A stretch of DNA of 64,000 nt, from the IMG/VR virus record IMGVR_UViG_3300008113_000003, positions 62,001-126,000 of that record. One strand, written 5' to 3'. Shown here piece by piece: positions 15,949 through 26,124 of the stretch (the stretch's first letter is position 1; each line of letters begins with the position of its first letter). The position numbers and the translations under genes are program-made. The notes under the pieces were generated by a model. It worked only from the letters and a program-made list of their open reading frames with translations, was not told the DNA's origin and did no database searches.

Positions 15949-18313
15949 CTACCTTTGAAATGTTATCTGTTTTTTCTACCCTTACAATATTATCAGCCCA
16001 ATCTTGTACATATGGGTTGTGGCTAATTACCCAAATGTGTTCAAACAATGTTTTTAATTTTTCGAAGAACATACCTAATCTGTCCAAGTTATCATTAGAT
16101 ACTTTACCTGTAACCTCATCAAAGACGATGATATTTGGTTTAGGTAATGAACATACCTTACTCAATACACATCTTAATGCTAATGAACTAACAGTTTTTT
16201 CATAACCAGAACCTGATGCCAATGGTTTTTCAATGCCACTCTCGCAATCAATCATCCAAAACTCAATCTCATTTTTATCATTCATGCGCATTTCAAGATC
16301 AAAATCACAGGTATCTGATAAAAGGATTTTTAAGTGGCTATTGATTAACGGAATCATGGTACTTAATACCATTTTAGAGATACCGTTTTTACCGTATACA
16401 TCTAAGTAAACTCTGAAGATCTTGTCCACAACCTCTTCACGCTTAAGTTCGGTGATCAAATTATTGTACTCACCGATTTTGGTTTCGGATAATTCAATAT
16501 CTTTTCTAAGGCCGTTGATTTGTAGCATCAAAGCTTCTTTCTCATTAGTCTCATTTTCAACCTTAAACTTCAATCTTTGTAAATCGGTATCGATTATCTT
16601 GTTTTTCTCCAAAGCCTCTTTTGCCAAACCATAAGCCTTTAACTTTTCTTCACCACGCTCTAAACTACCGTTATAGTTTGTTAATTCCATTTGTTTGTTT
16701 TGCAACAATAATTCCGCTTTGTTATAAGCATCCCATAAAGTTTTAATGGTATCGTAACTCACTATCCTTTCAGACAACTCTTCAATGTTTGTAGTTGCCT
16801 TTTTGTGTGCGGTATTTTTAGTTTTTAACTTTTTATTGTTTTCTGAGATCTCTTTTTTATGGTCAACACCTTCTAATGGTCTTTGGCATGATTGACAAAT
16901 TTCACCATCTTCAAGCATCTTAATGGTTTTTTCAATCGCAGCAATTTCCATTCTTAACTCAACCTCTTTTTCTCTAGCATCACGAATGTTTGATACAGCT
17001 GTCGCATAGGCATCAACATCAAACACTTCTTTAGGCATTGGGTTATCTTTTTTTAACTGCTCAATTTCACCCTCTTTAGTTTTAATAAAACCCCTAACTT
17101 TTTCAATACCAGCTAAAATATCATCCTCATTTAATTTGTACATTTCAGTATCAACATTAACACGGATGTTATTTAATTTATCCCTTTCAGCGTCAAAAGT
17201 TTTTAATAAATCGACCTTAGCTTTAAGACTAATATTTAAAGCAGCAATAAACTCATTGTTACTCTTAATCTTATCATTTTCTACTTCAATTTTAGTAAGA
17301 ATCTCTTGTGAATTGTTATGGTACAATTTAGATTTTTCTTTCCACTCCTGGTGTTTTTTCTTGGCAATCTTTTCTTTTTCCCTAAAGAACTCCAAACCAA
17401 TGAATTTGGTTAAAATTCTGCCACGCTCAGTTGGTTTAGTTTTGATTAAATCATCTAGGTTGTCACCAGTTGTTAGAATAGTAATTAAAAAGTCATCGTA
17501 TGAGCCAACATAGGTTTTAATTAATTCATCTGTGAATTTTCTTTGTTCACCATTTAATTGTTTAACACCACCTTTTGGTAATACTTGGTAGAAATCTAAC
17601 TCACTTTTGCATGTGTACTCACCATTCCTACCTTGTTTCCTGTTGATTTTTCTGCTGATAATATAGTCATCACCCTCAATTTCAACCATACCCTTAACAC
17701 TAACAGTATCCTCATCACTAAATCGGTTAAATACATCTTCCATCTTGTCAGTTTTTGATGTTACACCGAAGAATAGGAACAACAATAAATCAACCGTCAT
17801 TGTTGTTTTACCGCCAAAATTGGCTGGGTTTGATACAACAGACGTAATACCTAGTTTATCGGTAAAGTCAATTCTATTGTTCTCCCCAAAAGATAAGAAG
17901 TTCGAAAACTGAATTTGTTTAATCTTAAACTTTTTATATCTATTAGTTTGTTCCTTGTAATCCTCTAGTTCAACATTTACTGAGTTATCAAGTTTCATCA
18001 AGTAATCCATTGGGATATCAATCTTTTGATCCTTTAGATAACTTTCAATCAATTGTTTTTGGTAGTTTTCATCCAAAATAACTTCAGATGCATCGGCAGT
18101 GCCTTCAGCAACAACATCACTATTTTTTATTGATATTGGTTTGAAAATTACCTTAACCTTAGTTGTTTTGTATTTGTTTTGAAAATACTTCTCAATTTGC
18201 TTTTCCTTATGTGTTGAGTGATTATCCAACGTGTCTTCCCAAATAACCTTAATTTGGTTATTGCTGTCGTACAAGTCAGCTGACTCTATTTTAGATTTCG
18301 TCATATACGTCAT
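15932..18313 (-). CDS. sbcC: SbcC/Rad50/T4 gp46-like recombination ATPase
   Basis: FSNFLSFG, Walker A-like NFGGKTT, long coiled coil with CQSC zinc hook, signature-like GSGYE, Walker B IVFDE and VISH. Confidence 0.9.
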   Translation of the reverse strand: MTYMTKSKIESADLYDSNNQIKVIWEDTLDNHSTHKEKQIEKYFQNKYKTTKVKVIFKPISIKNSDVVAEGTADASEVILDENYQKQLIESYLKDQKIDIPMDYLMKLDNSVNVELEDYKEQTNRYKKFKIKQIQFSNFLSFGENNRIDFTDKLGITSVVSNPANFGGKTTMTVDLLLFLFFGVTSKTDKMEDVFNRFSDEDTVSVKGMVEIEGDDYIISRKINRKQGRNGEYTCKSELDFYQVLPKGGVKQLNGEQRKFTDELIKTYVGSYDDFLITILTTGDNLDDLIKTKPTERGRILTKFIGLEFFREKEKIAKKKHQEWKEKSKLYHNNSQEILTKIEVENDKIKSNNEFIAALNISLKAKVDLLKTFDAERDKLNNIRVNVDTEMYKLNEDDILAGIEKVRGFIKTKEGEIEQLKKDNPMPKEVFDVDAYATAVSNIRDAREKEVELRMEIAAIEKTIKMLEDGEICQSCQRPLEGVDHKKEISENNKKLKTKNTAHKKATTNIEELSERIVSYDTIKTLWDAYNKAELLLQNKQMELTNYNGSLERGEEKLKAYGLAKEALEKNKIIDTDLQRLKFKVENETNEKEALMLQINGLRKDIELSETKIGEYNNLITELKREEVVDKIFRVYLDVYGKNGISKMVLSTMIPLINSHLKILLSDTCDFDLEMRMNDKNEIEFWMIDCESGIEKPLASGSGYEKTVSSLALRCVLSKVCSLPKPNIIVFDEVTGKVSNDNLDRLGMFFEKLKTLFEHIWVISHNPYVQDWADNIVRVEKTDNISKVVDANG

Positions 18314-18725
18314 AATTATCTTTTGGTTGTTTTTTGATTAGTGTTACTGGTTTTTTTACTGGTTTTGGTTCTTCTTGTTTAATCTCATAAACTGGTTCCT
18401 TTGGTTGTTCAATAACAACTTCAGGTTCTTTTTCAACAACTGGTTCCGCAACCTTTTTCTTTCTACCACCTTTTTTCTTTGGTTGTTCAATAACAACTTC
18501 AGGTTCTTTTTCAACAACTGGTCTTTCTTCAACAGGTGGTCCGTTAAAGATCATATCAGCTTCAGTTTTATTAAAAAACATTGCAAATGATTCACCATAT
18601 TTTTTTAAATCAAAACCCTTTCTAAGTGTTTTGTTGATAAAATCATCTACATCGTTTATTCCGTTTACTTTACAAAAATCCAATATATCATCATGTAAAG
18701 ATTTTTCTATGTTAATACTACGCAT
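18291..18725 (-). CDS. hypothetical protein with P/K/E-rich repetitive C-terminal half
   Basis: Lies between sbcD and sbcC and overlaps both; contains an internal duplication. Confidence 0.7.
   Translation of the reverse strand: MRSINIEKSLHDDILDFCKVNGINDVDDFINKTLRKGFDLKKYGESFAMFFNKTEADMIFNGPPVEERPVVEKEPEVVIEQPKKKGGRKKKVAEPVVEKEPEVVIEQPKEPVYEIKQEEPKPVKKPVTLIKKQPKDNYDVYDEI
18399..18522. repeat. 46-bp exact direct repeat (period 78) encoding PVVEKEPEVVIEQPK x2
   Basis: Copies at 18399-18444 and 18477-18522. Confidence 0.9.
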
Positions 18726-19515
18726 TTACCAACATTTCATTGTTTTCTTCGATATCACTGATATCTGTTATTTTAAAGGTCAAATACTTAACAGGGTTTT
18801 CAATATCAAAAAATTCATATGACAATAACTTATTATCCTGAATTTTAACGATATTAAAGCCGTGGTCGCTGACAGTTTCACCAAAGTTTTGTTGGATTAG
18901 TGATCCCACCATAATAATTGGTGTGCTGTCCTGCATAAAAACTTGTCTTTTATGAATATCACCACAAAGAACCATGTCACAATGTCTGAATTTATTCACT
19001 TCAGCACCGTGGGTAAATTTAAATCCTTGTTCATTTACAGCTCCAACAATTGTTCCATGGTATAATCCAACGTATAATCCGTCAAAAGGTCGCATTTCTA
19101 ATTGTTCTGGTGCCATATGATTGTCAAAAATACTGAATACTGACCAAACAACGTTTTCGTCTTGGTATAGGCCAGACTTTGTGTAATAAACAATATTATC
19201 AGCATCTAAAGCGTTAATGATGGGTGTTAGAGCGTCCATACGCTCTTTATTCTGTTCAACAATGTCATGGTTCCCTGGGATGATAATAACCTTACCAGCG
19301 GCTTTAGAACAACCATTTAAGAACCAAGACACCTCACTAACCAATTCGGGGCTAATTTGGTTTCTAGAATGAACGATATCACCAGCAATAACGATTCTTT
19401 CTGGTTTAATCTTTTTCATTTGATCAAAAAAGTTCTCGCAAATTGCTCTGAACTCATTATGTCTTTGGATATTCCTAAAGTGAATATCTGCAATATGTGC
19501 AATAGTTTCTATCAT
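18718..19515 (-). CDS. sbcD: SbcD/Mre11/T4 gp47-like metallophosphoesterase nuclease
   Basis: HIADIH, IAGDIVH, IPGNHD, GLYHG and CGDIHK motifs; adjacent to sbcC. Confidence 0.9.
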   Translation of the reverse strand: MIETIAHIADIHFRNIQRHNEFRAICENFFDQMKKIKPERIVIAGDIVHSRNQISPELVSEVSWFLNGCSKAAGKVIIIPGNHDIVEQNKERMDALTPIINALDADNIVYYTKSGLYQDENVVWSVFSIFDNHMAPEQLEMRPFDGLYVGLYHGTIVGAVNEQGFKFTHGAEVNKFRHCDMVLCGDIHKRQVFMQDSTPIIMVGSLIQQNFGETVSDHGFNIVKIQDNKLLSYEFFDIENPVKYLTFKITDISDIEENNEMLVNA

Positions 19516-20255
19516 AGTATAAGTCTTTTCATTTTATAGTGTTCGATAAGCATTTCAGCTTCTTTTTTCATGTAACCAATTGGTATCAACCTAAATGTTT
19601 GAATGTTTTTATCCCAGTAAAATAAACCACCACGGTTAAATTTCTTACCAGTTTCTCTCTCGTACATCACACCGTACACAGATAATTGTATGGTGTAATC
19701 ATTATACTGACAGTGAGCTAAATGGTTTAATGGGAAATGTAAAAATTCACCATATTTGTTTTCATACTCAAACTTTTTGTTTGTTTTGAAATCCCATACA
19801 TTAAAGAACATACCATCTGGTAAATCCTCAATGATATCCGAAGTACCTGCAACACCCTCATCATCGTTAAATTCAATTGACATAATGTGTTCTGGTTTAA
19901 GGTACGGGCTATCTATTAAAGATAAACCCTCTTCGTAACAAACATCTCTAAACGCACCGATAACAATTTTCTCAAATTCATCTCTTGGTGAGTACATTCT
20001 ATTTGGTGCTAACAAAAACCTTTCAAGAATTTCGTGTAACGCTGTACCATACTCATTGGCCATTCGGTTTATTTCTCTCCACTCAGCGATAACCTCTTCT
20101 TTAGTTACACCCTTTCTGTTTGCCACTCTTTCGGCATGGTAATCTTCGTCAAATTTTTCTTTGTACTGCCCCAATACAGTAGTAACTGACGTATACTTAA
20201 CAGTAGGTTTTTTACTGTTACTATACGTGTGGGTTGCGTGATCTAATGTTATCAT
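19512..20255 (-). CDS. PD-(D/E)XK exonuclease (lambda-exonuclease/Cas4-like fold)
   Basis: SVTTVL, GTALHEILE, E...AGTSDII...WDFKT and QLSVY. Confidence 0.85.
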   Translation of the reverse strand: MITLDHATHTYSNSKKPTVKYTSVTTVLGQYKEKFDEDYHAERVANRKGVTKEEVIAEWREINRMANEYGTALHEILERFLLAPNRMYSPRDEFEKIVIGAFRDVCYEEGLSLIDSPYLKPEHIMSIEFNDDEGVAGTSDIIEDLPDGMFFNVWDFKTNKKFEYENKYGEFLHFPLNHLAHCQYNDYTIQLSVYGVMYERETGKKFNRGGLFYWDKNIQTFRLIPIGYMKKEAEMLIEHYKMKRLIL

Positions 20256-21214
20256 TCTTTAATTCTTTTACTTGTTTGTAATAATTTACCTAAATTCTCT
20301 GGTCCATACTTCTCATAGTACAATGAAATATCAACACCTTTAGGTAGCGTTAAGACCAAAACTCTTTTATAGAGTCGGCCAGCATCTAATTTATTGTATA
20401 TTCCAACGGTATCATTCCACGCATCTGGATCGAGTGCAATAATAATGAAATTTTTTGATTTAAAGTATAGTTCGTTAAATAATTTTTCAGACATTTTTTT
20501 ACCGAGCAAAGGAACGCTGTTGGGCACAACGATATGATCGAAAACACCCTCAACTAAAAAAACTGGTTTTTCCCAGTTAATCAAAGCTTCGTTAAAAATT
20601 AATGTCTGTTTTTCAACAGCTGGATTCAAGTATTTGAACTTGGTTGTTTTTGGGCTAATTGACCTTGTTACAAAAAAGTTTAACTTACCATCCGCATCGT
20701 ATGAAGGTACCACAACACGGTTTTGGTATTTACCTTCCATACAAAAACCTATCTTGTATTTTTTAATATGTGAATCATTTAACCCTCTGCTATAGAGGTA
20801 ATCAAATGCTCCGTTAAATCTGGGGTTGCTTAATTTACCATCAAGTGCTATGTATTCATCAGGTAATCTTAACTCGTCTTTTTTCTCTTCAACAGTTTTT
20901 TGCTGGATGAATTTAAAGTTAAGTTTATAGAATTGGTCTAGGGTTTTTTTGTCGGAATACCTTTTAAATAAAAAAGATAGCCTACCTTTGGTACCGTCAG
21001 TTTCACCACACGACCAACAATTATATACACCATCTTTATAGGAAATCTCAAGATTACCCTTTTTATCGAATTCAACCCCTTTCATAGCGGAGCAATTCGG
21101 GCAGTCAAAACTAATTTGTTTTTTACGTTTATAATGCTTTCTGGGTTCGCCCAAAAAGGACTCTAGTAAGTCAATTAGCTTATCTGTCTCTAATTCGTTA
21201 TTTAGTAAATCCAT
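20252..21214 (-). CDS. DNA primase (DnaG/T4 gp61-like)
   Basis: Zn finger CPNC...CWSC, YLYSRGL, RVVVP, KYLNP and TOPRIM VEGVFD...LDPDA. Confidence 0.9.
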   Translation of the reverse strand: MDLLNNELETDKLIDLLESFLGEPRKHYKRKKQISFDCPNCSAMKGVEFDKKGNLEISYKDGVYNCWSCGETDGTKGRLSFLFKRYSDKKTLDQFYKLNFKFIQQKTVEEKKDELRLPDEYIALDGKLSNPRFNGAFDYLYSRGLNDSHIKKYKIGFCMEGKYQNRVVVPSYDADGKLNFFVTRSISPKTTKFKYLNPAVEKQTLIFNEALINWEKPVFLVEGVFDHIVVPNSVPLLGKKMSEKLFNELYFKSKNFIIIALDPDAWNDTVGIYNKLDAGRLYKRVLVLTLPKGVDISLYYEKYGPENLGKLLQTSKRIKE

Positions 21215-21222
21215 AATTCCTA

Positions 21223-21254
21223 CAAAGATAAGAAATTATTTCATTACAAACAAA
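21223..21254 (-). promoter_or_regulatory. Bacteroidota-type promoter TTTG-N20-TATCTTTG for the primase-to-sigma operon
   Basis: TTTG at 21254-21251, 20-nt spacer, TATCTTTG at 21230-21223. Confidence 0.75.
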
Positions 21255-21255
21255 T

Positions 21256-21855
21256 TTATTTGAAAATTTCTTTCATGTGGGCAAAAGCAAGCATAACGGT
21301 GTAAGCATCGGACATATCAAAGTTTTCTTTTTTCAATTGACCCTTTTTATCCAGTAACCAATTAATTTGTGGTTCTCTCTTGCTAACTTTATCCCAGATA
21401 AGTTTTTTCTTATCAACATCTTTTGGTAATCCACCGAATAAGACCAGTTTTCCCGCACTACCTGGTTGCATAAACTCAGGGAATGCATATCTTCTTGCTT
21501 CGTATGTTGAGATGTATTCTGGGACAACACCAATCACATCATAGCATATTTTGGTAACCATTCCGTTAAAACGTAATAAGGTCCCAACGGTATTAACGTT
21601 GTTTGACCTTAATAATGGTTCTTCAATAACTACGTGTTTGATATTGAGTGTTTTGTACTTCTGTACAAAATCATAAAACAAATCAGCTTTTTTGATAAGC
21701 TCTTCAGTCTTTGTTTTAGGTTCGGGTTTGGCTTTTGGAGAAATGTGTGTTAACTCCAAAAGCTCCCCTTTATTGTTGAATAATGAAATTCCGATTGTTT
21801 TAGTTGAAACGTCTAGTCCAAGTAAGTAATATTCTTCTTGTATCTCTTTTATCAT
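21256..21855 (-). CDS. RuvC-like Holliday junction resolvase
   Basis: LLGLDVSTKTIG, VVIEEP and DMSDAY give the RNase H-fold D...E...DxxD pattern. Confidence 0.82.
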   Translation of the reverse strand: MIKEIQEEYYLLGLDVSTKTIGISLFNNKGELLELTHISPKAKPEPKTKTEELIKKADLFYDFVQKYKTLNIKHVVIEEPLLRSNNVNTVGTLLRFNGMVTKICYDVIGVVPEYISTYEARRYAFPEFMQPGSAGKLVLFGGLPKDVDKKKLIWDKVSKREPQINWLLDKKGQLKKENFDMSDAYTVMLAFAHMKEIFK

Positions 21856-21865
21856 AAAATTTTAA

Positions 21866-23740
21866 TTATAGTCTTATTTTGACATTAAACGACACAACAT
21901 CATACCAATACTTTTTAATTGGTTGTGTTGGTTTGCAAATCGCCAATAAATTGCCATCAGCATCATGGATACCTAATTGTGTGATGATAACAGGGTATAG
22001 ATCACCATTTGTTGATTTGAATGATGCCCAATCTTCCGTTTGGTCAACCCCCATCATATCCTTTGCCGTATCATTTGTTGATTTAAAGAACTCGTCTGAA
22101 GAGGCTAAACAAACAATATTTAAAGATTTTTCGGTGTTATAACTGTTGTATGACAACATATAATCGGTAGTTCCAGTATAAATAAACTGTGTGCTATCCC
22201 ATAGAATGTCAGTGCCATCTTTTGTTACGATTAATTCATATGTATCATTACTATCTGTGGTTCTAACATCGCCTCTACTATCAGCTGTTACTGGTGTATT
22301 TGATGAGTCCGATGTTATATCATAATTTTTAACCATGCTACTACCAGTACCAGACGTGTAAATGTAGCCGTCAAAAATGTTATGGAAATATGAATCAACG
22401 ATCAATGGATGTGTGATAACAATAAACCCTTTATCTAAGTAAGCCGCACCAACGCAAACATCATTTTTATAGTTGTATGTTGGTTTTTCTTGGGCACCTG
22501 GTGTGAAAACTCTAGTTCCGTTTATAACTTCGCTATATGCATCACCCCAGTTATTAAAGTTTACGTATGGGGGTTTAATCGCATCTGTAAATAATAAAAC
22601 AACGTTACTTTCATATGTTGTTGAACTAACTGTTGCCAAATCTGGTCTAATACCAAGGGTGCCAATACTAATATCTGGTTCAGATAATTTTTTATCCAAA
22701 TTATTATTTATTCCAGCATGGTTATATGTACCATATAGTTCAATTGTACCTGGACCTGTCCAACCAGTCATAATGCCTAAACGTTTTGGGTCAGTAACAC
22801 TTGATGTTGCACCTGTGTAGTAAGGTAATTCTAATTTAATAGTCTTACCATCAATGATTTCACCGTATTTGTTATTTGGTATCTCAAATATCATATACAA
22901 ATCGTTTGGAACTGGTAAATTCCATGGTTTGTTTGTTTCAAACTCATTACAACCAATTGTTTGCATAACAGTAGCGTAATACTCACCAGTGTAACCTGTT
23001 GTTGGGTGAACAAGTAGGGTATCTGTTGATCCCGTAAATGTGTTGTCAATAGCTGTCCATTTGTATGCAACACCATTTTTAGTAACAGCAACGGTATCAT
23101 TTGTACCAGCAGCGCTTAATACACCATAAGCCGATCTTGAGTATTTTTTATACTCTTCATTGGTAACAGGTAGATTAAGTGATTTTAGTAAGTTAGCAAA
23201 GATTGTGTTATTATCTTGTCTACCAACAAAGAAACCTGGTAAAATGTCAGTTGTGTTTAGTGTTGTTCCGCTAAATGTGTGATTTAGTTGTTGAAAACCG
23301 TTTGATAAATCAAAAGGTACACTTTCATTAACCAAAACAACACTTTCAACCGTTTTTAAGACGTTATAATTTGTTGGATTAACATCATATTCGATGTAAC
23401 CACGGCAAGCACCACCATATTGAGGTTGTGAAAACTGTGTATCGTTATATGCAACGGAAAAAACGTATGCATATCCGCCATTAGCCGCAATTTGTGCTGG
23501 ATTATCGCTAAGATTGGATAACGATTGGAATTTACCTAAAGCCGTATTTGAACCTAGGTTATTTAATTTTACGTATAAACCAGTATTTGTTGAAACCTCT
23601 GTGTGTGTAATTACAACATTTTGGGCTAATGTTGGTACATACGCTGGGTTTTCTAATAAATAGAACTCAGCTATACCATTCGTACCAGTACTAATGGTTC
23701 TACTATAATATGGGACTCTAACTTTTAATATCGCACTCAT
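21866..23740 (-). CDS. putative baseplate/tail structural protein (624 aa)
   Basis: T/S/N/G-rich; YGEIIDGK motif; C-terminal ITQLGIHDADGNLLAICKPTQPIKK resembles the tail-collar/DUF3751 C-segment. Confidence 0.7.
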   Translation of the reverse strand: MSAILKVRVPYYSRTISTGTNGIAEFYLLENPAYVPTLAQNVVITHTEVSTNTGLYVKLNNLGSNTALGKFQSLSNLSDNPAQIAANGGYAYVFSVAYNDTQFSQPQYGGACRGYIEYDVNPTNYNVLKTVESVVLVNESVPFDLSNGFQQLNHTFSGTTLNTTDILPGFFVGRQDNNTIFANLLKSLNLPVTNEEYKKYSRSAYGVLSAAGTNDTVAVTKNGVAYKWTAIDNTFTGSTDTLLVHPTTGYTGEYYATVMQTIGCNEFETNKPWNLPVPNDLYMIFEIPNNKYGEIIDGKTIKLELPYYTGATSSVTDPKRLGIMTGWTGPGTIELYGTYNHAGINNNLDKKLSEPDISIGTLGIRPDLATVSSTTYESNVVLLFTDAIKPPYVNFNNWGDAYSEVINGTRVFTPGAQEKPTYNYKNDVCVGAAYLDKGFIVITHPLIVDSYFHNIFDGYIYTSGTGSSMVKNYDITSDSSNTPVTADSRGDVRTTDSNDTYELIVTKDGTDILWDSTQFIYTGTTDYMLSYNSYNTEKSLNIVCLASSDEFFKSTNDTAKDMMGVDQTEDWASFKSTNGDLYPVIITQLGIHDADGNLLAICKPTQPIKKYWYDVVSFNVKIRL

Positions 23741-23746
23741 TTTATG

Positions 23747-23992
23747 TTATTTTCTTAATATTTGACCTTTTATTGTTATGTTTTTTGATATTGCGTATAC
23801 ATTATCATTATAGTCCCCAGTTATATCAGTAACTATTTGATTTACAGTTGATAACGCATTGTAGTTACCATCTTCATCTGAAATAGAAAAAGTAACTGGT
23901 TTAAAACCTTGTTCTAAAAGTCTTCTTCTACCCAACTCTGTTAGGTAAACTTTAATTTCTTCGGTGCTTCCGCTTTGTGGTACGAACCCCAT
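23747..23992 (-). CDS. small structural protein with LTxxGR tail-collar-like N-motif
   Basis: MGF...VYLTELGRRRLL..G....FSISD...Y, paralogous to the N-termini of 25744..26124 and 26124..28856. Confidence 0.7.
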   Translation of the reverse strand: MGFVPQSGSTEEIKVYLTELGRRRLLEQGFKPVTFSISDEDGNYNALSTVNQIVTDITGDYNDNVYAISKNITIKGQILRK

Positions 23993-24052
23993 GTTTTTAG
24001 TTTATTTAATTATATTAATTTTATTGTACAAATCAAGTTATTATTCCTATAT

Positions 24053-24061
24053 AATAAATAT
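24053..24061 (-). promoter_or_regulatory. ATATTTATT putative late-promoter motif
   Basis: Located in the 90-bp gap upstream of the start at 23992. Confidence 0.5.
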
Positions 24062-24083
24062 ATGGTTATTTTGTTTTTTCATT

Positions 24084-24713
24084 TTAAGTTTTAACTAGTA
24101 TTAGACTAATAACAACTTCTTCGGTAATTCGACTGTTAAATTCGCTATCAGCAAAACAGTTTATATTAAAGCTCAAATCAATTCCACCAACTCTCCTATC
24201 TGGATCATTTGATGTTTTACCGTAATGTTGTGCATCTAAGACGTTTAGGTTTAAAACTTCATAATAAGCCGAAAACTCTAATGTCGTTAACGGTAGTAAC
24301 ATTTTATTTGAACCTAGCAATCCAACTGGGGTGACAAGGGTTAACCTACCAATTAGTTTACCGTTATTTGTTAATTGATATACTTGGTAGTGTTTAGTAC
24401 CAACAATTGATTCGCTACCAGTTAAATTTGTCTCATCATATTCGTTAACCAGTATCAGTTTTAAAGTGTTTAAATTAGATTTTAATTTAGGGTCTCTAAA
24501 CTGTGCTTTAGCAAATGTTAAATTATTAAAATATATTGATTTTGTGTTTGGGTTCAAAATACTAAACTTACCCTCAGATTCACTGGTGATATATTTGTCT
24601 GGCCCAACAACACTGATACCTGGTGTATTTATGTAAAAATCAACTTTAGGTATACTAAAGTTAAAAATGGGCATTTTGTACTCGACTCTTCTTCCTACTG
24701 TTATTGTTGCCAT
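24084..24713 (-). CDS. putative structural protein (209 aa)
   Basis: Beta-rich composition; within the tail operon. Confidence 0.65.
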   Translation of the reverse strand: MATITVGRRVEYKMPIFNFSIPKVDFYINTPGISVVGPDKYITSESEGKFSILNPNTKSIYFNNLTFAKAQFRDPKLKSNLNTLKLILVNEYDETNLTGSESIVGTKHYQVYQLTNNGKLIGRLTLVTPVGLLGSNKMLLPLTTLEFSAYYEVLNLNVLDAQHYGKTSNDPDRRVGGIDLSFNINCFADSEFNSRITEEVVISLILVKT

Positions 24714-24718
24714 ATTAA

Positions 24719-25744
24719 TTATCCTATTTCTGGTAATGGGCCCCCGTCAACACTTGAACTACTTTCCATATCATAAACATAACCAACGGTTGTTTGTGAT
24801 ATTGTTCCATTGTAATCAACGATTATTTTAAACTCTTTGTTACCAGTACAAATATTTGAATTGAATAATTGTTCCGTACTAGCGTCTAGTTGAGCCGTGA
24901 CTTTAAACATATAACCACTCATAAAATTAAATGGGCTAATGTTAGGTTCCGCTGCTAAACCCTGGTTCTGCATTGTGTAGGTTACACCTATGCCACCAAT
25001 TACTGGTGTTGTAAAGGATGTTATGTAAAGATTACCACCACTACTAACTGTTGATGTTTGCGTTGTTCCGTATCCAGTATAACCAATGGCACCCTCTATC
25101 CATGAAACAGACATCGATGAAATCCCAGTATTTTCAATAAGATATACACTTGGGTGTGGCAAATAAGATACATTTATCGTATCACCACTTATATCAACCC
25201 AGTTATTAAAAAAAGACGTGCTTATATTAACATAACCGTTTGTATATGGATTACTTGTTGATCCACTATAAGCGCCAGCGTAATCATAAACTTTTAAATC
25301 CGATAATTTAAGTTTTTTCTTGTTATTACCGAAGACAGCGTAAACATCAACAGCGATAGTATACCCATTTGAACCAACGGTATAGTTTTCCCCATCACCA
25401 TTAAAATTAAAATACAGGTCAAATTCTGTATAATAAACCTCACCTTTAACCAAAGTATTGATTTTTTTAAATTGGGTGTAATCAACGGCTATAGTTCTCG
25501 AGGCACGTGAGTTATTACCGATAAAACCGTTACCCATGGGCATATTATAAAAATCGGAAGTTTTTTCAACCAGATTATAAGAACCGTTTATAAATTCAAA
25601 ATCGGATAAATCATTTGATCTATACGGGTGAAAATCGTAATTTTCTATTAAAGCGTTAACACCATTTGTATTATATGATGCGTAATCATAAGGCGCTTTA
25701 AGGTGTATACCGTTTAAATTTTTAAGGTTGTATTGTCTAGCCAT
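24719..25744 (-). CDS. putative structural protein (341 aa)
   Basis: N/Y/T/G-rich; TAATG-coupled within the tail operon. Confidence 0.65.
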   Translation of the reverse strand: MARQYNLKNLNGIHLKAPYDYASYNTNGVNALIENYDFHPYRSNDLSDFEFINGSYNLVEKTSDFYNMPMGNGFIGNNSRASRTIAVDYTQFKKINTLVKGEVYYTEFDLYFNFNGDGENYTVGSNGYTIAVDVYAVFGNNKKKLKLSDLKVYDYAGAYSGSTSNPYTNGYVNISTSFFNNWVDISGDTINVSYLPHPSVYLIENTGISSMSVSWIEGAIGYTGYGTTQTSTVSSGGNLYITSFTTPVIGGIGVTYTMQNQGLAAEPNISPFNFMSGYMFKVTAQLDASTEQLFNSNICTGNKEFKIIVDYNGTISQTTVGYVYDMESSSSVDGGPLPEIG

Positions 25745-26124
25745 TAGTCCTTATATGTTATTATTTTAATCGTTTCTGTCGAAAGGTCTGGATCGTATGC
25801 AATGTAATTGTTTTCAGCTCTTTGGTTAACGCCCAAAAAACCATGAGTGAACAGTATATTGTTATCCACAGAGCCTCGTTTAGAGTCCTGTGTATAGACT
25901 TCACTTGTATTATTAACTTCTGTGGAATCATAAAATTTTATTGTTGGTATTGTTTGTCCAGTTAAAACATGGGGATCAACACCGCTCATCTGGTCATAGT
26001 TTGAGTTGTCTATTAACGAAAAATATTTAATTTCATTCCTAAAACCATTGTTTACGAAAGCTTCTCTACCCTTGTCCGTAAGGTATATCTCAAAAGTATA
26101 TTTATTTCTTTTTATAAATCCCAT
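25744..26124 (-). CDS. small structural protein with LTxxGR N-motif
   Basis: MGFIK...IYLTDKGREAF..GF...KYFSLID..NY. Confidence 0.7.
   Translation of the reverse strand: MGFIKRNKYTFEIYLTDKGREAFVNNGFRNEIKYFSLIDNSNYDQMSGVDPHVLTGQTIPTIKFYDSTEVNNTSEVYTQDSKRGSVDNNILFTHGFLGVNQRAENNYIAYDPDLSTETIKIITYKD

Noticed and set aside
18399-18522. Two 46-bp repeats with a 32-bp spacer resembling a mini CRISPR array
   Set aside because: Only two copies, in frame within a coding P/E/K-rich linker, non-palindromic, with no leader or cas genes.
19512-20255. Possible Cas4 / CRISPR system
   Set aside because: No four-Cys Fe-S cluster pattern, no cas genes and no repeat-spacer array; this is an ordinary phage PD-(D/E)XK nuclease.
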